A stretch of DNA of 64,000 nucleotides from an uncultured delta proteobacterium (GCA_963724765.1 CAVRVY010000004.1:224001-288000); one strand, 5' to 3'. Shown: positions 35,758-46,734, counted from the stretch's first letter. Notes: generated from the sequence alone by a model not told the origin. A program made the numbers and translations.

Positions 35758-37560
35758 TCAGAAGAACGGACAGAGCAGCAGCGCGCCGCCCCGCACCAGC
35801 AGACCCAGCGTCGCTGGCGCCCATCGCCGCGGCACGCCAATCGTCTCCGCCACCAGCCCGACGCTCCACGGCACGCGCGCCGAGGCGCTCATCGCACGGA
35901 TGCCCGCCAGGATTCCCGGCGCCGGATAGAGCACCAGCTCATGACGCTCGCCGTTTTTGATTCCGGCTCGCGTGCGCGCGATTTCGATAGCCTTGTCGAG
36001 CCCGCCGAGTTCGTCGACGAGTCCGCCTCGCTTGGCGGCGACGCCGCTCCATACCCGCCCGCGCGCCATCGCCTCGGTCTGTGCGGGATCAAGCCCGCGG
36101 CCCTGAGCGACCTTGGCGGTGAAGTTGGCGTACAGTTCGCCGATGGCGCCGTTGAGTTGGCCGAGTTCGGAGGCGCTGAGCGCGCGTGATACCGAGAGTG
36201 CGTCGCTTATCTCTTCGCTCTTGACGAATTCGATTCCCACGCCCATCGCCGCCAGCGCCTTGCCGGCGTTGAAGCGCGCGTAGACGACGCCGATCGACCC
36301 GGTGATCGTGGCCGGGCCGGAGACGATCTTATCCGCGCCCATCGCGACGTAATAGCCGCCCGAGCCGGCCACGTCACCCATCGAGACCACCACTGGTTTG
36401 CCGCGCTGGCGCGCTTCGCCCAGCGCGCGCCACACCAGATCCGAACCGAGCGCCGAGCCGCCCGGTGAATTGACCCGGAAGACGATCGCGCGGACGCTCT
36501 TGTCGCTGGCGGCGCGCCGGAATTGAGCGGCGACTGCCTCGCCGCTCAGAAAATCGCCGGCCGCGGGCGGCTCTCCGGCGACCACCGGCCCCACGCCATG
36601 AATCAGCGCGAGCCGCGGGTCGCGGCCGGGCCGCCGGGCATAGGCGAGACGGCGCAGGTAACGGTTGAGCCCGACGAAAACGCGATCCTCGTACTTGGGG
36701 TCGAACTCGGCGCGCAAATCTTCGATATAGCCAGCGTGATCGATGAGGCGAGCCTCGGTCGCCGCGCGCAGGCTCAGGAAGCCGCTGCCCGCAAGCTCGG
36801 CGGCGCGTTCGGGTGCGAGACCGCGGGCCTCGGCAATTCGCGCCGCCAGCAGTTGCTTGCTGTCGGCGACGATCGCTTCGAGGCTCTCGTGCAACTCGGG
36901 TGACATGCGCTCGCGCGCAAAGGTCTCGGCCGCGCCCTTGTACTCCTTCCATTGCAGCGTCTGCGCCTCGAGCTTCAGCTTGTCCAGTGCGCCGCGTAAA
37001 AAGACCCCGCCCGCGGCGACGCCCAGCATCGTCACGAGCGTGTTGGGATTGGCCACGATTTCGCTCGCGCCGCAGGCGACGAGATACTCGCGGACGCCGG
37101 CGCTGTCGCCCTCCAACAGCGCGATCGTGCGTTTGCCGGCGCGGCCGAGCGCGCGCAACAGCGCATGCAGCTCATCGGCGGTCGCGAGGCCGGTTTCCAG
37201 TCCGGCAATCCTGACGATCACGGCGCTCAGCCGCGGGTCGCGAGCGGCGCTCTCGAAAACCTGGCGCAAATCGAGCAGTGTGGGACCGCCGCGGCCGCGC
37301 AAGTGGTCCAGCGGCGAGCGCGGCGCGCTCTCACGTATCGCACCCGCCAGCTTGATGGTCAGCACGGAGCCACGCGGAATCAGCGCCGGCCGCAGGACCA
37401 TCAAATAGAAGGCGGCTGCGATCGCGGCAGCCACGAGGCAGAGCCCGATTCCGGCCTCCCACAGGCCATAATGGATGGCGAGCGCGCCAACACTGGCCAC
37501 CAGCGCAACCAGTATCGCGATTCTGACCTCGCGTCGCAGTGAACCAATCGCTATCCTCAT
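35758..37560 (-). CDS. sppA: Signal peptide peptidase SppA (67K type)
   Basis: YKGAAE, RVNSPGGS, SMG.VAGSGGY, TITGSIGV, GRVWSG. Confidence 0.92.
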   Translation of the reverse strand: MRIAIGSLRREVRIAILVALVASVGALAIHYGLWEAGIGLCLVAAAIAAAFYLMVLRPALIPRGSVLTIKLAGAIRESAPRSPLDHLRGRGGPTLLDLRQVFESAARDPRLSAVIVRIAGLETGLATADELHALLRALGRAGKRTIALLEGDSAGVREYLVACGASEIVANPNTLVTMLGVAAGGVFLRGALDKLKLEAQTLQWKEYKGAAETFARERMSPELHESLEAIVADSKQLLAARIAEARGLAPERAAELAGSGFLSLRAATEARLIDHAGYIEDLRAEFDPKYEDRVFVGLNRYLRRLAYARRPGRDPRLALIHGVGPVVAGEPPAAGDFLSGEAVAAQFRRAASDKSVRAIVFRVNSPGGSALGSDLVWRALGEARQRGKPVVVSMGDVAGSGGYYVAMGADKIVSGPATITGSIGVVYARFNAGKALAAMGVGIEFVKSEEISDALSVSRALSASELGQLNGAIGELYANFTAKVAQGRGLDPAQTEAMARGRVWSGVAAKRGGLVDELGGLDKAIEIARTRAGIKNGERHELVLYPAPGILAGIRAMSASARVPWSVGLVAETIGVPRRWAPATLGLLVRGGALLLCPFF

Positions 37561-37612
37561 CTTCGGCTCCTTCGGACTTGGCCCGGGCGTACTTCTAAAC
37601 TAGCCTTTTTCC

Positions 37613-38944
37613 ATGCAGCGATCCCTTCTATCCATCAATCTGTTTATCGGCCTGCTCATTATCGGAGCGCTCAGCTTGAGCGTCGCTTCGTGTTCGTTGT
37701 TCGGGCATGCGCAAAAACCCCCTCCGCCGGTCACGCAGCACACGGCGACCATGGATCTGACGCCCGGCATCACCGTCAACGCGCTGGTCTCGACGCCGCC
37801 CGGTTTCACGCCGATTGTCAATCAGCCGCCGCTGTGGTTGCAGGACGCAAAGGAGTTGGCACTGGCCGGGACGCTTAATGGACGCACGGAGGTGCTCGGT
37901 TTCAGCGGCGCGGGTTTCAAGAAGGTGCGCCTGGTCGCGGCCGACGGTGGACCCGGCGCGCAGAACGGAGCAATCGTCGGCCTCGCCGCGAGTCCGGACG
38001 GGCTGACGCTGGCGGTGGCCGAGGCCGAGCCTGGAAAGATCGAAATCGTGCTGCGCTACGTCATCAGCAACGCCGGACAAAATTCGGTCGCGACCTTCGA
38101 CGGCAACTTCCATGCAGTGAGTATGACCTGGCTCGCGACCAACACACTGGCCGTGGGCCTGGCGGGCGACCCCACTGCTTCTCCGCCCGCGGCTGGTGGG
38201 CTGTACCTGATTCATGTCCTCGGCGCGGTGACCGTCGAGCAGGTCAAATTCACGTGCCCGCCCTCGATGCTGGTTTTCAGCCCCGACGCGCGTTTTGCGG
38301 TCGGCGAAGGCGACGACCATACACCGCCGTCGCTGTTCGACAGCCGTAATGGGACTTGCCGGCAGGTCAGTACCGACGGGCCGATCAGAGTACTTGGCTG
38401 GGCTTCGGGAAACGCCGGCTTTCTGTTTTCGACCGCTGCCGGACGCGGGCATGGCGCGGGGGTTTTCCGCTACAGCATCGCTCGCGGAACGACCGAGCTT
38501 GTCGCGGTCTCCTCCAGCGCCGCCGCATACATCGGCGAGGGTATAGTGATGGCGCTCGGCAACCGCGACCTGAATCCCCAGACCGCCGCGTCGTCGCCCG
38601 ACAAGCGCGTAACCGCGGAGCTCGCGAGCCTCGTGCCCAAGCAGGGCAAGACTGTGATCGATACGCTCGGCAGACCAACCACGCCGGCAATGCTGATGGC
38701 GAGCACGATGAGCTACACGCATGGCTTCGCCGAGCTGGCGCTTCAATTGTTCGTGGCCGCGCCGGGCGGCCCAATGCGCGAAATCCTGACCTTCTCGATC
38801 ATCGACCGCAAGGCATTCGTGCTCGCGAGCGGGCCGGCGCGCGGCGTTGCGGTGATCGGATGGGCGCCCAGCACCAACCATCTGGTGATCTTTGACGGCG
38901 ACGGTGTTACCGGCGCAGTGGCGCTGATCACGCCGGCGCGCTAA
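37613..38944 (+). CDS. Hypothetical lipoprotein with beta-propeller-like repeats
   Basis: VASC lipobox; ASPDG, FSPDA, WASG and WAPS blade-end motifs. Confidence 0.78.
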   Translation: MQRSLLSINLFIGLLIIGALSLSVASCSLFGHAQKPPPPVTQHTATMDLTPGITVNALVSTPPGFTPIVNQPPLWLQDAKELALAGTLNGRTEVLGFSGAGFKKVRLVAADGGPGAQNGAIVGLAASPDGLTLAVAEAEPGKIEIVLRYVISNAGQNSVATFDGNFHAVSMTWLATNTLAVGLAGDPTASPPAAGGLYLIHVLGAVTVEQVKFTCPPSMLVFSPDARFAVGEGDDHTPPSLFDSRNGTCRQVSTDGPIRVLGWASGNAGFLFSTAAGRGHGAGVFRYSIARGTTELVAVSSSAAAYIGEGIVMALGNRDLNPQTAASSPDKRVTAELASLVPKQGKTVIDTLGRPTTPAMLMASTMSYTHGFAELALQLFVAAPGGPMREILTFSIIDRKAFVLASGPARGVAVIGWAPSTNHLVIFDGDGVTGAVALITPAR

Positions 38945-39049
38945 CGCGCCGATGACCGTATTTCGCGAATGACCCTGCGTCGGCGCGCCAGCACTCAGCA
39001 CCGGCGATGTTCTGTCATTGAACCGATACCGCGTGGCGGTGAAGATCGA

Positions 39050-41215
39050 TCACGAATCGCGTCTGCCCTGCCAGTACCCAGCGGCGGCGGCGAAGGCGGC
39101 GGCCGCGCGCTCGAAGCTGTCGAACACCACCAGGCCGCGGCCCCGCGCCAGCTCCTTGGCGCGCGCGACGATCACCTCGACGTGGGCCGGATGCAGAATC
39201 GCGGCAAAGGGTTTGTGCGAGCGACCGTTGAACTCGGCGAGCTGGTCGAGCAGGCTGGTCAGCTCGTCCTCGTGGGTGGACCATCGTGCGGCGCGCAGTC
39301 CCGTGCCGATCTCCAGCACGATCGCATCGATAGCCGGGTCGCGCTCGAGGATGTCCAGGATGCGGTCGAGGTTGCCCTGGTCGTGGCCCATCCCGATCGT
39401 TCCGCCGGCGTCGAGCGGATTGCGATAGCTGCCGCCGATGATGTTGAAGAAGTTTTTCAACTCCGCGTACGACGCCGCTGAAAGCGCCGGCACTTCGAGC
39501 CCCGCCGCAGCGAAGGTGTCGGTTATCACCACCGATTGACCGCCGGTCATCGCGACCAAACCCATCCCGCGGCCCCCGACCCGGCGTCCGCGCGCCAGCA
39601 GTTCCATCGCGTCGAGCATCGCGTCGAGGCTCGCGACCGAGACCGCCCCGCTCTGCACTATCAGGGCGCGCCAGACCGCGGCCGCGGTTGCGAGCGAGCC
39701 GGTATGCGAGAACGTCGCACGCGCCCCGGCCTCGGTCATTCCGCCCTTCCACACCACCACCGGATGGCGCGCGGCGGCGCTCTTCAGACTCGCAAAAAAA
39801 CGCCGGCCGTCGCGCACGCCCTCCAGGTACATCCCGATCGCGCGCGTGGCGGGATCGTCAGACATCAGGTCGAGGTAGTCCGCCGCCTCCAGCATCAGCA
39901 CGTTGCCGATCGAGGCGGCCTTGTTGATGCGGATACCGCGGATTGGTGCCTGCAAGCAGAAGTTGATGCTGTGGGTGCCGCTTTGCGAGATGAAGCAGAC
40001 GTCGCCGCCGCCGCCGACCGGCAGATCGGGGAAGTTGGACAAACCGATCGACGGGTTGTACAGACCCATGCAGTTGGGACCGACCAGCGCGATGTCCGAT
40101 TCGGCGGCGGTCGCACGCAGTTCGCGCTCCAGCTTCAGGCCCAATTCTTCGCCGGTCTCGGAGAAGCCCGAGGTGAAGAAGCCGACGCCCTTGACGCCGG
40201 CGGCGACACAGTCCCTGAGGATGCGTGGCGCGATCTGGCGCGGCACGGCGCTGATGGCGTAGTCGACCGGCTCGGGCACCTCGGCCAGGCTCCTGCAATT
40301 GGTTACGCCCATCGCCTCGATGCCCGGGATTTCGTTGGGGTCGATTTGCACTGAGTAGAGCTTGCGCGCGAACCGGGACATTGCGCGCAGCCACAGGTAA
40401 CCGCCCATCCGTTTGTCGCCGATGACCGCGACCGCGCGCGCGTTGAAGGCCCGGGCGAGGTTGCCGATGCGTTGCGCCTGGTGTGAATCGGCGGCCGGCG
40501 CGGGCTTGGCGGCAATCGGATCGAGCAGGATGCGCGCGTCGAGCACGCGCAGTCCCCTGGAGTAGGCGACCACCGGGTTGAGGTCCATCTCGCGCACCTC
40601 GGCGTGATCCGCCGCGAGCCTCGATATTTTCGCGATCAGGCTGGCGATCGCGTCAAGGTCGATCGGCGCGCTTCCACCAGCGCCAAAGATCAGCGCCGCG
40701 CCACGCAACTCACCGAGCATCGCGCGCGCGCCGGCAGCGCTAACCGGCGCGATTCTGAGCGCCGTGTCCTTAAAAATCTCGACCAGCGTGCCGCCCATTC
40801 CCACCACCACCAGCGCACCAAAGCGATCGTCGCGCGTCACCCCGACAATCAGCTCGAGCCCCGGCGCCGCCATCGCCTCCACCGCGACCCCGTCGAAGCG
40901 CGCGCCGGGACGGCTGGCGGCAAGGCTCTGGCGGATGCGCTCGAACGCGGCCTTGACCTCGGCGGGCGAGCCCAGGCCGAGTTCCACGCCGCCGACTTCA
41001 CTCTTATGCACCGCCTGCGGCGAGAGCACTTTGAGCGCGGCCGGGAAGCCCCCACGCGCGGCGAGTTCGGCAGCTTCCTCGGCACTCTGCGCGAGATGCG
41101 CGGTAGCGACCGGGATTCCGATCGCGTCTAGGATCTGCTTGGATTCGATTTCCGAAAGCTCCGTGCGGCCGGCGCCGATCGCGTTTGCGAGCATTGTATC
41201 GATAGTGGCGTCCAC
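39050..41215 (-). CDS. Acyl-CoA synthetase (NDP-forming)/acetate--CoA ligase family, ATP-grasp first
   Basis: HKSEVGGV, EMDLNP, GPNCMG, SQSG, SHTGSLA, NPLD. Confidence 0.92.
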   Translation of the reverse strand: MDATIDTMLANAIGAGRTELSEIESKQILDAIGIPVATAHLAQSAEEAAELAARGGFPAALKVLSPQAVHKSEVGGVELGLGSPAEVKAAFERIRQSLAASRPGARFDGVAVEAMAAPGLELIVGVTRDDRFGALVVVGMGGTLVEIFKDTALRIAPVSAAGARAMLGELRGAALIFGAGGSAPIDLDAIASLIAKISRLAADHAEVREMDLNPVVAYSRGLRVLDARILLDPIAAKPAPAADSHQAQRIGNLARAFNARAVAVIGDKRMGGYLWLRAMSRFARKLYSVQIDPNEIPGIEAMGVTNCRSLAEVPEPVDYAISAVPRQIAPRILRDCVAAGVKGVGFFTSGFSETGEELGLKLERELRATAAESDIALVGPNCMGLYNPSIGLSNFPDLPVGGGGDVCFISQSGTHSINFCLQAPIRGIRINKAASIGNVLMLEAADYLDLMSDDPATRAIGMYLEGVRDGRRFFASLKSAAARHPVVVWKGGMTEAGARATFSHTGSLATAAAVWRALIVQSGAVSVASLDAMLDAMELLARGRRVGGRGMGLVAMTGGQSVVITDTFAAAGLEVPALSAASYAELKNFFNIIGGSYRNPLDAGGTIGMGHDQGNLDRILDILERDPAIDAIVLEIGTGLRAARWSTHEDELTSLLDQLAEFNGRSHKPFAAILHPAHVEVIVARAKELARGRGLVVFDSFERAAAAFAAAAGYWQGRRDS

Positions 41216-41323
41216 ACGAGGCCTATAGCAAAGGCGCCCGACAATTTGAAACGTGCCCGCGATTTGAAACGCGGCCGCGCGACAGCGAAGATACGATTAA
41301 GATGCGATGAGCGCGGCAACCCA

Positions 41324-42379
41324 ATGAAGCGTCGGAGCGAACAGGTCAAAGATCACGGCACCGGCGGAGGCGACCTGCGAGTGTTCGTCACTCGACCCGT
41401 CGCAGAGCCCGCGCTACGCCGCCTGGCGGCAATTGCGCGGGTGGATCTGTGGGACGATGAGATGCCGCCGCCGCCGGCTGAGTTGCGTGCGCGCGCGCGC
41501 CAGGCAGACGGCGTGCTCAGCATGGTGACCGATCGTTTCGACGCGGCCATGATCCGCGCTTTGCCGCGGCTTCGTGCGATCAGCAACCTGGCGGTCGGCG
41601 TCGACAACATCGACCTCACCGCGGCCACCCGCGCCGGTATCGCGATCGGCCACACGCCGGGCATCCTGACCGAAACCACTGCCGACCTCGCCTTTGCGCT
41701 GCTGATGGCGGCTGGTCGGCGAATCGCCGAGGGCGACCGTTACGTGCGCGGGGGCCGATGGCGAACGTGGGGGCCGAAAGTCATGCTGGGGCGCGACATT
41801 CACGGCGCCACGCTGGGGATAATCGGATGGGGCGCGATTGGGCAGGCGATGGCGCGGCGCGCGGCCGGCTTTGGGATGCGCGTGCTCTATTTGTCCGGGC
41901 GGCATGCGGGGCGCTCAGCGCGAGGCCGGCGTTCGAGCGCATCCGCCGGCGCCGGGCCTTCGACAGCAGAGCCGATGAGCCTCGAGCGGTTGCTGGCGGA
42001 ATCGGATTTCGTCTCGTTGCACGTGCCGCTGATGGCAGCGACTCGTCACATGATCGGCGCCGCCGAACTCGCGCTGATGAAGCGCACCGCCATCCTCATC
42101 AACACCGCACGCGGCGCGATCGTCGACTCGCAAGCGCTGATCGGCGCGCTTCGTGCCGGCCGCCTGGCCGGCGCCGGGCTCGACGTAACCGATCCCGAGC
42201 CGATCGGCGCAGACGATCCGCTTCTCAAGCTACCCAACGTCGTCATCACGCCGCACATCGGCAGCGCGAGTCATACGACGCGGCTCAAGATGGCCGAACT
42301 CGCGGTGGATAATCTGATCGACGTATTTGAAGGACGGCGGCCACGGCATTGCGCCAACCCGACGGTGCGAACGCGTTGA
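41324..42379 (+). CDS. D-2-hydroxyacid dehydrogenase (glyoxylate/hydroxypyruvate reductase-like)
   Basis: VGVDNID, GWGAIG, INTARG, LDVTDPEP, TPHIGSA. Confidence 0.93.
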   Translation: MKRRSEQVKDHGTGGGDLRVFVTRPVAEPALRRLAAIARVDLWDDEMPPPPAELRARARQADGVLSMVTDRFDAAMIRALPRLRAISNLAVGVDNIDLTAATRAGIAIGHTPGILTETTADLAFALLMAAGRRIAEGDRYVRGGRWRTWGPKVMLGRDIHGATLGIIGWGAIGQAMARRAAGFGMRVLYLSGRHAGRSARGRRSSASAGAGPSTAEPMSLERLLAESDFVSLHVPLMAATRHMIGAAELALMKRTAILINTARGAIVDSQALIGALRAGRLAGAGLDVTDPEPIGADDPLLKLPNVVITPHIGSASHTTRLKMAELAVDNLIDVFEGRRPRHCANPTVRTR

Positions 42380-42423
42380 TGCTACGCCGGCGTTGCTACT
42401 TGATCAGAACTCGCACTGCTCTC

Positions 42424-42858
42424 CTACTGGGAAACGAGCATCCGCGCGGTCGCGGTCAGGGGCAGGGTCCTGGACGGCAGAAAAGGTATTCGCAGACTGT
42501 AATTCAGGGAGACGGTGCATTGCGCATCGTCGGAGGAGGGCAGATTGGGATCGGCCGGCCAGGTTACCGCGACATCACCGGGTAATAGCTGGTTTGGCGC
42601 CGACAGATCAGCATAAGCAACCGTGATGCCCTTGATCTGCGAGGTGGTCGCGGGGCTCGGGCCAGTCGGCGAATGTACGATCGCATAGCGCACGCATTCG
42701 CGGGCGGCATGGCTGATGGTGTTGTACGAATACACCACCATCGCCAATTCGATGGTCGCGAACGTCAGCAGGAGAAAGATCGTGCTGCCTAAGGCGAACT
42801 CCATCGCCGTCGTGCCTGAAGAATGCTTCGCCAGCGCAGAGCTGAACGGTCGCTTCAC
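42424..42858 (-). CDS. TadE-like pseudopilin
   Basis: G|TTAMEFAL prepilin motif, AARE..R. Confidence 0.87.
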   Translation of the reverse strand: MKRPFSSALAKHSSGTTAMEFALGSTIFLLLTFATIELAMVVYSYNTISHAARECVRYAIVHSPTGPSPATTSQIKGITVAYADLSAPNQLLPGDVAVTWPADPNLPSSDDAQCTVSLNYSLRIPFLPSRTLPLTATARMLVSQ

Positions 42859-43340
42859 TGTTGTTGAACCTGCATCACGGCCTGGCTTTTCAGCGTGACC
42901 GAGGAAGGAACCCCGGGGTATTTTACCAGGGTGTTGAAGGGAGCCTGTGTATTGACCACAACATAGTTCCCCTGCGGGTCATTGGTGCAGTAATTCGACG
43001 AACAGGCGAGAATGAATGCGGTCGGGGTTCCACACGTGCACTGGCTGGTAGTGACCGTCAGATTGGCAACATTAATACCATCCTGCTTGGCCGCCGCGAC
43101 CATCCCGGTTGAGTCGGCGGCGGTGATGACGCTATTCGATCCGTACTGCGCCGCCGCCCGCGCGGCATTGATTACCTCGAGATAGGCGTAGAAGAGCCGT
43201 CCGAAGTCGGCTGCCACCACCAGAATGAGCGCGAGCACAGGCAGCGCGAAAGCCAGTTCGACATAGCTCTGGCCACGCGCGGCCCAAAAGCGCCGCCGTC
43301 CCGGCACAGGCGTCTTGGCGTTCGAGCGATGGCTATTCAT
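42855..43340 (-). CDS. TadE-like pseudopilin
   Basis: RG|QSYVELAF...DFGR...NAARAAAQY. Confidence 0.88.
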   Translation of the reverse strand: MNSHRSNAKTPVPGRRRFWAARGQSYVELAFALPVLALILVVAADFGRLFYAYLEVINAARAAAQYGSNSVITAADSTGMVAAAKQDGINVANLTVTTSQCTCGTPTAFILACSSNYCTNDPQGNYVVVNTQAPFNTLVKYPGVPSSVTLKSQAVMQVQQQ

Positions 43341-44862
43341 AGAGTGCGCTCGATTTTATCGGCGCGCCGTCGGCCAGCGAGGAATAGTTGTTGCCCATGC
43401 TTAGATTGGCATTGCCCGTCACCGATACGGTGTAAGCAATCACGATCGTGTAGCCCGAGCCGCTGGAATTGCCCACATACGTGAGTGTGGTTGTCGGGAA
43501 GTACATGATGCCGTCAAAGCTGGACGACGAGTTGCCGACTATGGTGGCACCGGGGGATCCAACCGCGACCGAGGGGTCCTGGAAGAACAGAAATCCCTCT
43601 AACGTACCCGAGGTGGGAGCACTCAGATTGGCCGTTTCATTGCCCTTCAAGTAGATGGCGCCGTATGGGTAGCCAGTAGCGTTGGTGTCGTAAAATGTCA
43701 CTCCGGTGCCGTTCAAGGTGGAGTTGCCGGTAACCGACAATCCGCCGCCCGCCAGAATATAGGTGCCGGGACTGAAGGTCACGTCGGCGTTGCCGCTGAT
43801 GTTGATTCCGCCAAAATACGTGCCCGGCTGCAGAGTCACCGTGCTGTTCCCTTTGATGTCAACCGCGCCGCAGAATGTGTAAGTCCCGGGATTGAAGATC
43901 GTACCAGTAGTATTTCCACTCAGCGTGATGCTGTCGCCACTGCCCCCGTTCTGGTACTGCCCGGGATTGAAAATCAGGCCGCCGCTGTTCCCAGAGAAAC
44001 TGACCGTGTTCCCCCACGTGCCGCCGTTTAAGGTCAGTGAGCCCAGCAGATTTCCCGTAATCTGCACGCCGCCCCCATAAAGAAAAGGGCCTATGCTCTG
44101 AGCGGGAATATTGCCGCTTATGGTATCAGATCCGCTCGCGGCACCGCCCCTCTGAGTGCAGGTGCCGGCGCTGGGTGCGATGCTCTTGGCGCGGCTAGCA
44201 AGCGGGTCATCCAGCGCAGCAACATTGGTCACAGGCTTCGGAGAAATGGTGGCGTTTCCTGTTTGAGTAAAACTGCTTCCGGATACTCCGACTGATGTCG
44301 CCTTCAGCGTCGAGTTGCCGCTGACCGAAAGCCCGGATAAGGAAGTCGAGTCATCGACTACGCCGCACTGTGAAGTCACGTTCGCGTTGCCACTCAACGA
44401 AAAAGTGTTCGCGTCGCTCGGATCGAGCGCATATATGCATGCAGGTCCCGCAATGGCGCCGCTCACCGCCCGCGCGGCCACCTTCATGGAATTGTAGCCC
44501 AGCACGCGCAGGAAAAATGTCGGTACGTTCTGCGAGATGTCGACCTCGACGTAGGTCACATCGCTCGGATACGGCGACGGCAGCGTTGGTTCGCTCACCG
44601 TCACCGCTACATTGTTCTGTGAGTTGGTGAAGCCGTTGAATGAACTAACGTCATCGGCGGCCTTGGTGTAATCCTCTCCGTCGCGAAGCGCGGTAGCTCC
44701 CGCCACGGCCGCCGCGTCGGCCGCTGTCTGCATGCGCCGCCGCGTGGAATAGAGGTAACCCATGTCCACCGCCAGCGCGGTGAAGCCGAGCAAAACGACC
44801 ATGGAAATGGTCGCCAGCACGAGAATCTGGCCAGAGAACTGTCGACGGTAAGGAAGCTTCAT
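43333..44862 (-). CDS. TadG-like pilus protein with Gly/Asn/Ser/Thr-rich repetitive beta domain
   Basis: GQILVL...LAVD.G...MQTAADAAA, PTFF; about 14 xxGN repeats. Confidence 0.87.
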   Translation of the reverse strand: MKLPYRRQFSGQILVLATISMVVLLGFTALAVDMGYLYSTRRRMQTAADAAAVAGATALRDGEDYTKAADDVSSFNGFTNSQNNVAVTVSEPTLPSPYPSDVTYVEVDISQNVPTFFLRVLGYNSMKVAARAVSGAIAGPACIYALDPSDANTFSLSGNANVTSQCGVVDDSTSLSGLSVSGNSTLKATSVGVSGSSFTQTGNATISPKPVTNVAALDDPLASRAKSIAPSAGTCTQRGGAASGSDTISGNIPAQSIGPFLYGGGVQITGNLLGSLTLNGGTWGNTVSFSGNSGGLIFNPGQYQNGGSGDSITLSGNTTGTIFNPGTYTFCGAVDIKGNSTVTLQPGTYFGGINISGNADVTFSPGTYILAGGGLSVTGNSTLNGTGVTFYDTNATGYPYGAIYLKGNETANLSAPTSGTLEGFLFFQDPSVAVGSPGATIVGNSSSSFDGIMYFPTTTLTYVGNSSGSGYTIVIAYTVSVTGNANLSMGNNYSSLADGAPIKSSALYE

Positions 44863-45216
44863 GTCAAACGGCCTCACTTGCTGTCTTATTCGTCTGAGAT
44901 GAGCTATGCGTCGCGTCATATTAGGCGAACGATTGACGACTTCGCCTTTGCAGGCCACGTCATCTCCAATTCGTCGAAGGACGTTAAGCCTCGGCCCAGA
45001 ACCCGAAACCCCCGCCAGCTTATACCGACTCACCTATGTTATGCTTTGGCATTCTGTACGCTTTAACTATGGGAGACAAGACCGGTTCTGTGCGCCGATA
45101 GCGCTTTTGCTCCAGATGAAGTTTAATTTCTTGATTTCTTACGCTTCTTCCAGAATAGACGAGGTAGGTCAAAGCCACGCCCGATCATCGTGGCGGAAGA
45201 AGGTGGCTTCGCCGCG

Positions 45217-45951
45217 CTACACTGTAGCGGCGATCGCTTGTGAGAGGGTGAATCGTTCTTCGTAAAGCGCGCGACCCGTAATTACGCCAGCTATTCCGCA
45301 CGGGAACAGCCGACTCAACGCGATGACATCGTCGATTCGCGCGACCCCGCCGGAAGCAATTACCGGCGTCTCCGAGGATCGCGCAACCGCCGCGTACATT
45401 TGGATGTCGACCCCGCCCTCGGTACCATCGCGAGATACGTCAGTTAATATAACCGCGGCTACTCCAGCCTGCTGAAAGCGCTTCAAAGCGTCGGCCGCGA
45501 CAAGCTGACTTGTCTCGCGCCAACCCTTGATCGCCAAGCGCCCCTCACGCACATCAAGCGAGCCAAATACGCGTCCGGGATACTCGCGGCAGGCCTCGGC
45601 AAGCATCGGCGGGTTGAGCATCGCGGCCGATCCGATCGACACGTAGTCCGCACCCGCCGCGATCGCCGCGCGCACCGAATCGGCGGTTCTCAGCCCTCCA
45701 CTTACGTCCACCGCGCAGGCGACCGCGGCGCGAATTGCGCGGATCGATTCCAGGTTGCGCGGCGCGCCGGCGATCGCACCGTCGAGATCCACGACGTGGA
45801 TTATCCGCGCGCCCTCATTCTCGAAGGCGCGCGCGGTCGCCGCGGGATCGTTGCCGTAAACGGTTGCACGGTCCATCTCGCCGCGCAAAAGGCGCACAAC
45901 TTCACCTCCCTTGAGGTCGATCGAGGGAATGACGGTGAACTGCTCGAACAA
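45217..45951 (-). CDS. hisA: ProFAR isomerase
   Basis: IPSIDL..G.VVRL, HVVDLDGA, GGLR, TD..RDGT, IASGG. Confidence 0.95.
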   Translation of the reverse strand: MFEQFTVIPSIDLKGGEVVRLLRGEMDRATVYGNDPAATARAFENEGARIIHVVDLDGAIAGAPRNLESIRAIRAAVACAVDVSGGLRTADSVRAAIAAGADYVSIGSAAMLNPPMLAEACREYPGRVFGSLDVREGRLAIKGWRETSQLVAADALKRFQQAGVAAVILTDVSRDGTEGGVDIQMYAAVARSSETPVIASGGVARIDDVIALSRLFPCGIAGVITGRALYEERFTLSQAIAATV

Positions 45952-45963
45952 GCGCGTGTTTTA

Positions 45964-46647
45964 CTACGACGAAAGCGTGCCCTTGGTTGATAGCACGCCG
46001 CCGCCCGAGCGCGGCTCGCGGGCGGTCGCCTGGTCCATCGCGCGCGCGAGCGCTTTGAAAGTGGCCTCGATGACGTGATGGGGATTGCGGCCGCCGACCA
46101 GGTTGAGATGCAGGTTCATCCCGGCCTCATCACTGAACGCTTTCATGAAGTCGTGCACCAGCTCAGTCTGGAAGGTTCCCACCCGCTCCTGTGCGATCGG
46201 GACGTTGTAGACGAGGTAGCTCCTGCCGCTGATGTCGACCACCGCCGAGCACAACGCCTCGTCCAGCGGAACCATCGCCTCGCCGAAGCGCCGGATGCCC
46301 GAGCGGTCGCCGAGCGCCTGGCGAAAGGCGCGCCCGAGCACAATACCGACGTCCTCGACCGTGTGATGCTCGTCGATATGAAGATCGCCGCTCGCCTGGA
46401 CCACGAGATCGAAGAAGCCGTGGCGCGCGAAGCTCTCCAGCATGTGGTCGAGGAACGGCACGCCGGTCTCGACCGCGCCGCGCCCGCCGCCGTCGAGATT
46501 GAGGGCGACCTTGACCTCGGTCTCGCGCGTCTTGCGTTCGACCGCGGCCGAGCGGGCGGAAAGCGGCTCGCCACCGGCGCTCGCGCGCGGCTTGTCCGCG
46601 GGCGCGACTTTCAAGCGCGAAGCCTTAAACTGAGACTTGTTGGCCAT
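45964..46647 (-). CDS. hisB: Imidazoleglycerol-phosphate dehydratase (monofunctional)
   Basis: RKTRET, FLDHML, DEHHTVED, NPHH..EA.FKA. Confidence 0.95.
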   Translation of the reverse strand: MANKSQFKASRLKVAPADKPRASAGGEPLSARSAAVERKTRETEVKVALNLDGGGRGAVETGVPFLDHMLESFARHGFFDLVVQASGDLHIDEHHTVEDVGIVLGRAFRQALGDRSGIRRFGEAMVPLDEALCSAVVDISGRSYLVYNVPIAQERVGTFQTELVHDFMKAFSDEAGMNLHLNLVGGRNPHHVIEATFKALARAMDQATAREPRSGGGVLSTKGTLSS

Positions 46648-46734
46648 CTTTTTCAGAAGATACCTGCCTAGAGCATATTACCCGTCAGACGGGATTTGGG
46701 TAACTCGCGCGGCAGAATTTTTTCCCTCTCGACC

